64,000 bases of DNA from Protoeuglena noctilucae (lineage: Eukaryota). Both the position numbers and the translations under genes were made by a program. The DNA lies in assembly GCA_958009085.1 (NCBI GenBank), contig OY253678.1, positions 1 to 64,000 of the forward strand. The letters run 5' to 3'. The notes under the pieces are model-generated. The model was not told where the DNA came from. It was given only the letters and a program-made list of their open reading frames with translations, and did no database searches. Shown here piece after piece: positions 1 to 9,382 of the stretch. Within the stretch, counting starts at the first letter, position 1, and every line of letters starts with the position of its first letter.

Positions 1-251
1 ACCCTAACCCTAACCCTAACCCTACCCTAACCCTAACCCTAACCCTAACCCTAACCCTAACCCTAACCCTAACCCTAACCCTAACCCTAACCCTAACCCT
101 AACCCTAACCCTAACCCTAACCCTAACCCTAACCCTAACCCTAACCCTAACCCTAACCCTACCCTAACCCTAACCCTCACCCTGCCTACCTAACCTAACT
201 AACCCTAACCTAACCCCAAGAAAACCCTAACCTAACCCTAACCCTAACCCT
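1..251. repeat. Telomeric repeat array (CCCTAA)n, i.e. TTAGGG-type chromosome end
   Basis: Near-perfect CCCTAA tandem array from base 1. Variant units (CCTAA, CCCTA, CCCTCA) accumulate from ~160 to 250, as expected for the proximal part of a telomere. Confidence 0.98.
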
Positions 252-837
252 GCGGCCACCTCGTGCCGCATCCCACGCGGCACCTGCTCCCTCTCCCGTC
301 TGTATCTGACGCTGCATGACCCCTCCACTCCTCCCCTCCCCTGGGGGGATGTGCTTTTACAGTCCCTCAGGGGGCTTTTCCTCTCCAGGGCCCCTCGCCC
401 TGCTCAGTAACTTCCCAAGGGACCCCTCCCTTGACCGGCTCGCCGGGTCCAGGGCCTCGCCCTGTTTTTTGCTAGGCGGTGGTGATGTATGCTACACCGT
501 TGATGCGACCTTCCCTAGTGTTGGTAGCTGCTGGCCCTGGCGCTGCCAAAGCAGCTGAAGCCACTGCTCGAGGGCCCCGGGCGAGAGTGGCAAGAGATAG
601 GTCAGCGACCTTAGCTGTGAGCCTTGTTGAAGGAAAGTCAGTCAGTCATGCCACGCCGGGGCCGCCACTCGCAGTCAGGGCGCGCAACAGCACGTGGGGA
701 GCCAGATTGACGTGAAAAAACCGGGCGCGCCGCGGGGTTTCCGCCGAAAGGGCGAGACCATGGCCAGGAGGTCGGGGCGGGGTACCCCAGGGCCGCAGCA
801 GAGACCCTGGGGCAGTACCTCGGGCCGTCGATTCCCG

Positions 838-846
838 GTTTATATA
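838..846 (+). promoter_or_regulatory. TATA-like element upstream of the tRNA gene
   Basis: TTTATATA in a very GC-rich context ~40 nt upstream of the mature tRNA, plus CAA at about -4. This resembles plant/algal Pol III tRNA flanks. Confidence 0.55.
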
Positions 847-880
847 CGGGAGGTCAAACCCAGATTGAGTTTGACCCAAC

Positions 881-954
881 GTCCGCATAGCTCAGATGGT
901 TAGAGCAACGGTCTTATGAGCCGTGGGTCCTGGGTTCGAGCCCCAGTGCGGACA
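881..954 (+). tRNA. tRNA-Ile, anticodon UAU, intronless
   Basis: Acceptor stem GTCCGCA/TGCGGAC plus discriminator A; D-arm GCTC-AGATGGTTA-GAGC; anticodon arm ACGGT-CTTATGA-GCCGT; T-arm CTGGG-TTCGAGC-CCCAG; T-runs at ~974 and ~986. Confidence 0.95.
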
Positions 955-1244
955 CTTTACGCTGCTCGCCGCCTTTTACATTGTTGTTTTCCCCCTCGAC
1001 TCCTTTATCGCGTCTTGCGTCTGAATCACGCGGTCATCATCGCGCGCGGCGCGATTTCCGCCGCTGCCCTCCTCGGTTTGCCCTCCCATCTGTCGCGCTC
1101 AACATACCACGCCAGGGCCGCTGCAGCCCGCTCCAGACCGCAGCAAGCCGACTCGCGCAAGACTCCATCGCGCCTGGCCGTCCATCCTATCCCCTCGACT
1201 CGCCCTATTCCCGTGCCTAGCATAAGCCGCTTGCATCCGCGGCC

Positions 1245-3162
1245 ATGGCGCTCCCCAGCGGGCCCTACGCAGTGGGATTCGTTGATGTGGACGCCTTCCT
1301 CCGCGGGGCGACCAAGGCTCGCACGGGCGTGTCCAGGCGAGTCGAGGCGCCCCCCGTTTCGCCCTGTGCACGCGTGCGGCTGCAATAGGGACGCGATCCC
1401 CCGCTCGCCCCGTCCTCTCCGCAGTCTCGGGATGCGCGTGTACTACCCAGCGAGGGTCTCGGATGTTACCCTCGTCACGCGCGCCAGGTAAGCAGCGGGG
1501 CAGCCCCGGCGCGGGTGGCCCTCGCCGCAGCAGCGCCCTGGCTCGAGGGCTCGCCGCCCCGGTCGCGCGCAGGGACGCCCTCTCGTCCTTCTGGCTCCCG
1601 ACGTGGGAGTACGCCCGGTCGCTCCCCCACTACGCCTTCTCCTTCGCGCGCCCCGGCTGGCGTACGGCCCTGACGCGGGCGGTGGCCGAGGTGGCGGCGG
1701 GGGTGGTGGCCGTGTCGCAGTTCGAGGACGCGCACCCCGCGGCCCCCTTCGCGGTGCCTGACCCCGCCGATGCCGGTGCCGGTGCCGGTGCGGCGCTCGA
1801 GGCCCCCGGGGGTGCCCCCCGCCCCGTGGTGGTCTTCTCGCACGGGGCCGCGGGCAACCGCACCATGTACTCGAAGCTGCTCTGCGACCTGGCCTCGCAC
1901 GGGGCGGTCGTGCTGGCCTTAGAGCACCAGGACGGCACGGCGGGGGTGGCGCAGGTGCCGCTGTGGGAGGACGCCGCTGCCCAGGCCGAGGCGCGCGTGC
2001 GGGCGGGGACCGAGGGGGGACAGGGCTCGGCGGGGAATGGGGTCGCTGCCAGCGACGACCCAGGGAGCGAGGCGGCAGGCGCGTGCCGCCCGGGGGACGC
2101 GTGGCTGGACGTGGCGCCGTCGTCCCGTCGGGAGTTCCAGTGGTTCGAGGGGCTGGGGGGGGACGAGGGTTGCTGGGCCAAGCAGAGGGCGCGCACGGCG
2201 GAGTTCCTGGCGGCGGGGGCGGTGGCGGGGGCGCTGGCGCACGGGGAGTGCGGGGAGGAGGGGGCGGCGCGGCGCGAGGTGCGGCTGCGGGTGCACGGGG
2301 CGCGGGGGCTGGGGCCGCTGCAGGCGATGGCGGGGCGCATCCGGGGGGAGGGGCTGCTGGCCGCCGGGCACTCGTTCGGCGGGGTGACAGCGGCGCTGGC
2401 GGCGCACCGTGGCGCGCCCTTCTGCGGGGCCGCGGCCCTGGACCCCTGGTGGGGCAGCCTTCCCCCCGAGGACGCGGCGGGGAGGGAGCCGTGGGGGAAG
2501 GGGTCGGCGCCGCTGATGGTGCTGGCGAGCGGGGCGTGGCACGAGAGGTGAGGGGCGGTGGGCTGGGAGTGTCGTGACGAGGGATCGGATGCATCACTCA
2601 GCATCAACACTCGCACCGGCTGCTGTCCCTGCAGGGCTGCGGAGAACCCCAAGTGGGGGTACAACCGCACAGCCATGGAGCCCTTCCTGAGTGCGTGCGG
2701 CAGCCCCAGTGGCCCCGGAGCCTTCTTCACGGCCGCCCGCCACGTGGGACACATCGACTACGGCGACATCCTCATCCGACGTGAGCGCTGCTGCTGGGGC
2801 GAGTGAGTGCGTGCACATGCTTCTGCCGCAGCTGCGTGAGAGCGTTCACCCCCCATGCCCCCGCAGTATGGTCCAACCCCCTTCTGCGCATGGCGGCACA
2901 GCTCTCCGGGTTCCGATCTGCCGAGGACCCCGCCACGGTGCTGCGTCGCCTGGCTGCGGCCACGCGTGCCTTCCTTGCCGCGCAGCTGGAGGGGCGAGGG
3001 CTGTCCGATGCCACGCTGGGCCAAGTGGTGGCGGCGCTGGAGGGCACGGCCGTGGACCCTCGGCTGTACGCAGCGGGGGCGGTGGAGGAGGTGCGGGCGG
3101 GGCAGAGGGGCCAGGTCGAGGCCGCGGGGGAGACGGCCGCTGCCGCGAACACGGCGGGGTGA
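1245..3162 (+). CDS. Platelet-activating factor acetylhydrolase-like alpha/beta hydrolase (about 5 exons)
   Basis: MALPSGPYAVG start, MRVYYP, PVVVFSHG..GNRTMYS...DLASHG.VV.ALEHQDG, nucleophile motif GHSFGG, ALDPW, H.DYGD. First intron is GC-AG (1337-1424) and keeps frame. Confidence 0.88.
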
Positions 3163-3350
3163 TTGTACATGTGCAGCGTGGCTGGGTTGTGCATGCTGGG
3201 ACGGTGACCGCGTCTGCATGCCTGGACCGGGTGCTTTTTGAAATTCTACGATTGGTGTTCAACGGTTCCTAAGCTCGCCCCAGCCGGTCGCTGTTATAAG
3301 CCATATTGCTTCGCCAGGCTCGACCCCGCTCCCTCTCCCTCCCCGCTACG

Positions 3351-5362
3351 TCACATGACGGAGCAGCGGTCCGCCGCCTGCGGCAGAGGCCAGGCCCTGG
3401 GGCCGCCTGCCCCCGTGGCCCCGGGCGTGATGCCCTTGATCTGGATGTCGGCACCCGCGCGCCCCGACGCGAACTGGCTGTTGAGGGGCCTGCTGGCGCC
3501 GATGAGTCGCTCCACCTGCTCCGTGATGGCCTCGGCTGCAAGGGGGTCGGTGTCCGCGGCCGTAGTCAGGCGAACCAGGGCCTCCGCTGTGGGGGTGCAG
3601 GGGACACGCGTCTTGGTGAACACCCATGGCTGCCACGTGGTCAGCACTGCTCACGTTGCTTGCTTGCTGCTCACCCGTGTTCTTCTGCAGCTCCGGGTGC
3701 ACCAGCAGGTCCCTGGCACGGGGACGCTTCTCGGGGTCTGCATGGGACGGGCCGTAATGCGCATGGTCACAGCTTGGCACACCGTCATCAGAGATGGCAT
3801 CTCATGTGCAGCATGGCTCACTGCGTCACTTGACATGCAGAGGCACTGGTACTCACCCGGGTGCAGCATGGCGGCCACCGTCTTGCGCAGGAACCCCGAG
3901 TAACCGGACGGGGGCTGGCTGTACGCCCCCCGCTCGTACTTGGCGTGCAGGTCCTCGAGGCTGTGGGCCTGCAAGGAGGAGATCACAACAGAAGCTCACA
4001 TCACACCCATTAATACCCCTCGTTTACCTAGCAACGCTCATCATGCACGCCCCTCCTCTGCTCACCTCCCACGCGTACTTGTTGGCCATCATTTCGCACA
4101 GCACGCATCCCAGCGCCCATATGTCCGCCTTGCTGCTGTAGGGCTGGTGGCGGTGCTGCTCCGGCGCCATGTACAGCGGCGTCCCCGTCTTGGTCGTGGC
4201 CAGCGCCGTCTTGCCCGCCATCACCGACCGGGGGTCCACGGCCTTGGACACGCCGAAGTCCGCCAGCAGCACGTGCTCGATGGGGCCGGCCTCGGGGTCG
4301 CAGGCCAGCAGGATGTTCTCCGTCTTGATGTCCCTGCGAGCGGGCGGCAGAGAAGGTGCATGCGTGCATGGCGACGCAGAAGTGGTGGGCAGTGGTGCCC
4401 AGGCCAGGTGCAGGTAACATCACGTCGCCGCACTGCGTGTCTGCATGTCTCACCTATGAAGGATCTTGTTGTGGTGGAGGTACTCGACGGCCAGGAGCAG
4501 CTGCACGAAGATGGTGCGGCAGACGTGCTCGTCCAGGTGCAGGCCCAGCTGGTCCAGGGTGAGCACGATGTCGCGCTGGGAGAGGAAGAGAGGAGCGGAG
4601 AAGTGAGGGACAGGGTGCAGAGGACTGCTGGTAAATGTCGAGGCGTCACGCAGCAGTGCGCATCTGCCGCCCACTCACCAGTGACCCGCCGGGCGCGTAC
4701 TGCAGCACCATCCACTGCGAGCGAGGTTTCAGTGGCGGATTGGCACCCGACACCCCGGCAGTGCGTCACACCTGGCAGCATCCACAGCTCAACACCTGCG
4801 CGAACGTCACCCCTGTCGTTGACAGCGACTCACCAGGATCTTCTCCCGCCTGTCGACCGTCCAATCGCGCACTCCCACGATGTACGGGTGCTTGAGCCTC
4901 ATGTGGATCGTCACCTCGTTGTAGAGCATCTCCTGCTCCTGGGCATCACGCGACACGGGCACCTCCTTCACCACCCTGAGGGAGAGAGGGGCGAGGAGTG
5001 GGGTGAAGTCAATACTTTGGACATAAACAAGCGCAGGGTAGAGAGAATGGCAAAGGCGCGAGCTTCTCTGAGCGCGATGCGAGGGCGGAGTGCGTGAGCC
5101 TGCGTCGGGCCCCACTCCGCCGCGGGACCTTTTTGGGGCCCATGCAAGATATCAGTGACGCTTCGAACGTTGCTGTAGTAATGTCTGTCTGCCATTTTCA
5201 ACGGCATGCCCTGAATCGTCCCGCTCACCACTCTTTGCCCGTGACCCTGTCATAAGCCAATATCGCCCGCCCGAAAGACCCTTCGCCCAATAGCTGGTTC
5301 GTGAGCGTGAACTTGGAGCGGAGGGGCCACTCGTGGCCCTTCACGAGGAGTTTGTTCGCCAT
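3351..5362 (-). CDS. NIMA-related (NEK-like) Ser/Thr protein kinase
   Basis: Spliced exons give LLGEGSFGRA, VVKEV, NEV..HPYIV, LQYAPGGSL, HNKILHR|DIKTENILL, LADFGVSK, GTPLYMAPE, YSSKADIWALGC, HPDPEKRP. Confidence 0.9.
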
Positions 5363-5886
5363 GGGAGGGGCGGGACGGCTGGGCCCCCGAACCGTTGGGC
5401 CCCCGAACAGTCGCGCGGATCGCGAGGCGTCGCAAGGCGCTTAAGCGTCGGGACAGCTACGGGTGATGACTTGAACTGCTCAAAATCACGCGGGAATGGT
5501 GGTGCGCGCGCCGCAAGAGTGGCGACGAGTCCGGGGGCGGTCCGCTGGGTCAGGCCCTGGGGCAGGCCCGCAAGAGGGCCCTGCCAGAACCTCGCCCGCC
5601 GCCAGAGCTGACCAACACGCTGCCTATCCTGCTCTACCGATCCCGTAGAAGCGCCTGCCGACGCCATCACGCGAGTGCTGCCCCGTTGAGCCGGCTCTCG
5701 CTGCGTCGGTACTGCTCCCCCGCCCCCTGGGCCATCCATGCGAGGTAGGTGGCGAGGGAGAGGGCGACGGCGCTCATCGACATGGCCACCATGACCCAGA
5801 AGTGCTGCGGGGATCGAGGGAGGCATGGGCACGGGCATCAACAAGGGCGTCCGTGTGTGCAACCCATCGCGTGTCACTAGCCGCTC

Positions 5887-8551
5887 TCAGCCCCGCCAGT
5901 CCCGTCCCCGCCCCTCGCCCCTCGCCTCTACGTCCGTGAGCATGACTGCCACGCCCATCATGACGAGCTCAGTGAGGGAGCACAGCGCCGCCTCCACGGT
6001 CGACACGCTCCCCGCCACACGGGGCTTCACCATCGTCTGGAACACCTGGGGTGATGTGAGAGGCAGAGGGAGCGTGTGAATGAGGGGCAATGCGATCGAC
6101 CATCGTCTGGATTACCTGGGGGAGAGACGACAGGGAGAGGGAGTGTGTGAATGAGCGAATATGCGGCAAACCATTGTCTGGAACACCTGGGGGTAGAGAT
6201 GGGGGAGAGAGAGTGTGTGATTGAGAGAACTAAGCAAGCGGCTATGGTCAGTGAGTGCTCCACCTGGGGGGACAGATGGGGGGATAGACAATGTGGACTG
6301 CGAGCGCTCATGCAGTTAGGGAAGCGAGCACAGCGCAGGCAGGGCCAGCATCCCAACAGAGGCGTGGACGCGGTCAAGAGGTGAGCGGCAGCGCAACCGT
6401 GTCTCTCCCCACCTGCGCGTCCACCATGTCGTACATCCACAGCCCGATGCGGGAGAGGGCCACGAAGACGCAGAAGAGCAGCAGCGGGGCGGGGAGACCA
6501 GTGGCGGCGGCGGACCACCCCGCTTGTGAAGACGACTGCCCCGCCGCGGTGTAGCCCAGGAAGAGCGCGGCAGCCACGGCGCACATGGCTGCCTGGGAGA
6601 GGAGGGCCAGGGCGCCGGCGGAGATGATGCCCGCGCGCTTGATGACCTGGGGGGGGGAGAGAGAGAGAGGGGTGCGCGTGAGTGGCGGGGTGGCTGAGCG
6701 GGGGCGTGTCGCAGTGTGCATTTGCATATCTACTGGGGTAGCAGACACACGGTGGCATGGGGCATGGGTACAATGACATGCACGGCGTCACCCGTGCTCA
6801 CCCGCGTTCCTACCCAAATCCCCACGAGCCCCGCCCCCGCGCAGAGGGACCGAAACGCGGCTGCGGCGGTGCCGGTCATGCCCTGCGCGATCAGGTAGGC
6901 GGTGAGGATGCCCGAGGGCGCCATGGCGGTGTTGAAGAAGAGCGCCACGAGGGCGAGGGAGGGGAGGAGGGAAGGCTGGCGGAAGAAGAGGCGCCAGGAG
7001 TCGAGGAGAGAGCTTGTGACGGAGCGGAGGGCGCCCTGGGGGTGGGGGGGAGTGGGGGGTGTGGCACGAGATGGCACCGCCAAGCAAGGGGTGCGAATGG
7101 TGGGGAGAGGGCGTGACATAAGATGGCAGGGCTGAGCAACAGGCGCGTGTGATCGACGATGTGCAAACGGGGTAAGGCATCGTGTCGAGTGCATGCAGAT
7201 CGTGTCGAGTGCTTGCAGCGCCGCGACTGCCCATGTGCCCCATTCTCTTACCATGGCCCCCAGCGCGGCTGCCCCCGTGCCCGCCGCCTCCCTGGCGTCG
7301 CGGTGCGGCGGCTTGTCGAGAGCAGTGCCGCAGATGCGCGCGACGCCGTTGATGGCAAGCACCTGGGCGGGGGTGAGCAAGGCAGCACAGGCGGCCGCGC
7401 TCGCCAGCGCCCCCCCCACCCCCACCCGCGAGAGCGCGAGGCCGAACGCAAAGGTGGCAGATATCTCCGCGACCTGGTCCACGCGGCGGATATGGGCGTT
7501 GCCCTCGGCGAGGAGGGCGGGGCGCCGCTGGGTGAGCACGACCACCCAGTCCCTCTCGATGGCCACATCCGACAGGGCATTCGCCACGCGCTGCAGGACC
7601 TGGAGAGCGCCCAAAGCGCAGAGGTGGAGGGGCTGGAGGAGGAAGGCGGGGTCCGCGGCCGCGCCCCACATGACGTAGAGGGCGGTGACGAGCACCAACG
7701 CGTTCTGGCCCACGAGGATGGCGGTGAGGGCGGGGACGCGGGGGGAGCGGTCGAGGAGGGCGCCGGCCGCGGGCGCCAGCGCCATGGCGGCCAGGTGCTG
7801 CAGGAAGCCGCACACGGCAATGGCGTGGAATCCGCCCTCCATGAGGCCCAGCGTGATGCCGAAGCCGAAGCGCCAGCCGCGCTGAGGGGGTTGGGGGGGG
7901 CGGGGGTGAGAGGGTGTAGACAGGGGTGAGTGGGCGCAGGCAGGGGTGGGAAGTGACGAGTGGCCAGCAAGGGCAGGGTGTCAGCAAGGGCGCAATGGTG
8001 GCTGGGCGACAGTGGCTGGGTGTTAGTGGCAGCAGTTGCAGAGCGGCGCCCACCTCCACGAAGCAGCAGATGGCCCAGGTGACCCAAAGATGGTCCAGGG
8101 CAGGGCCGGGGGGGAAGGCATCAACGTCAGGGGTGGGCGCGCGGGGGCGGCGGGGGGGAGGGGAGCGGGGGAGAGGGTCGGGGTTGGGGCCGTGGGCGCC
8201 GTCGATGGCGAGCCACGCGCCGCGGTCGTCCCCCTGCGCATCGCCGTCCGCATTCGCACGCGGCGCCGGGCCCTCCCCCGCGCCCTCTCCCGCCCCATCC
8301 GCCCCGTCTGCCTCGTCCGCTGACGTCGTGGCAGTGCCCGCCTCGCGGGTGCGGGCGCGCGGGCGGCGGTGAGGGGAGCGGCCGCGAGGTGGGCGAGGGC
8401 ACGGAGGGTCCGCGAGGGGTCGCCGCGGCGCGGGGAGGGGCGCAGGGGTCGCGGACAACTGGGGCCGCAGTGTGCCCCTCATGACCCCGGGATGCGGCGC
8501 CGTGGCGGCCGCGCCGGGCCCCGTCACTGGGAGAGCGCGTATCAAAGACAT
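5887..8551 (-). CDS. Ferroportin / IREG (SLC40) family transporter with a probable organelle transit peptide
   Basis: GALLDRSPR, VAIERDWVV, NAHIRRVDQ, LFFNTAMAPSGILTAYL, ALSRIGLWMYD....Q|VFQTMV. Ala/Pro/Arg-rich N-terminus. Confidence 0.9.
6029..6270 (-). repeat. ~70-bp tandem repeat (3-4 degenerate units), each containing the last ferroportin 3' splice junction
   Basis: ACCATCGTCTGGAACACCTGGGG at 6029, ACCATCGTCTGGATTACCTGGGG at 6099, ACCATTGTCTGGAACACCTGGGG at 6170 and a decayed copy at ~6241-6270. Confidence 0.85.
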
Positions 8552-9382
8552 GCTGGAGAGGTTCTGAGGGGACGGCGGGGCGCGCGGTAGCGGCAGGGGC
8601 CCGAGCGGGCGACCTAGGCTGGGGAGCCAGACGGCGCCCCCGCGCGGCCGAAAGCGGCGAGAGTCTCTTGATCTGCGCCAAAAAGCTAGCAAATCCCTGG
8701 GAATCGGGCGTCTGACCGCGCGCACAAGCGCTGGGCCCGCGGAGGACGCTGTGTGGAGAGGTGGCCAGGCAAGGCCGCCCGCGACGCACGGCTCCAACGC
8801 GCATGGGGCTCTCGGCCGCGCGATGGAAAGTTATGAGCAACTCCAAGCAGAAGCGCCATCCGCGCCCGTCGCTGGTGCGCGGTGGCTCCGCAGGGAGCGG
8901 GCGAGTTGCATGGCAGGCTCCCGCGAGCGCGGGCCGTGAAAGCGCAAGGAGAGACCGCACTATCCATGCAGCATCCGCAGACATTGCGACTGACCTCGAG
9001 CTATGGATGACAGGGTCCGGGAAGCGCTGTCGCCGCGCGCGGAGGCGCGGCTTTGCGAGCGGGCGAGTCGCACCCGCCCGGCGCTGCATGCGGGGTTCTC
9101 GGCAGCGTCCGCCCCCACTGACCGCTCTAATCGCAAGTCAAGAAGTCACCGACACTCCCGGCTTCCTGCGCATTGATCGCGCGGCTAAACGTCGCGGGCT
9201 TAAGGCTAGCTGCGCTCTCTCGCGAGCATCTTCAAGTGCTTGTCTCTGCGCAGGAGTCAGTCGAGGACAGCGCGAGACGAGGAATGACGCAAGCGAGGCG
9301 GTCGACGACGATGGCGAGCCCGGGCAGCACACACGCGCGTTTCAACTGGCGCTGGCAACTGACAGGCCACTACCGCGTGGCG

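Noticed and set aside
316..903. Short ORFs in the subtelomeric gap
   Set aside because: No recognisable motifs or splice support; expected by chance at this GC content.
1443..2754. Long antisense and alternative-frame ORFs overlapping real genes (here and throughout)
   Set aside because: Pro/Arg/Ala-rich shadows of GC3-biased coding sequence.
4968..5231. ORF MVSGTIQ..MADRHYY as the NEK N-terminus lacking a Gly-rich loop
   Set aside because: It lies in intron 1. The real first exon (5362-5229) encodes GEGSFG and splices in phase.
5380..5408. Direct repeat TGGGCCCCCGAAC x2 upstream of the NEK start
   Set aside because: Could be a promoter motif, but two copies in GC-rich DNA are too little evidence.
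8600..9380. Possible small gene between ferroportin and MSH6 (e.g. ORF 9138..9332)
   Set aside because: No family motif or clear exon structure; compatible with UTR/promoter sequence.
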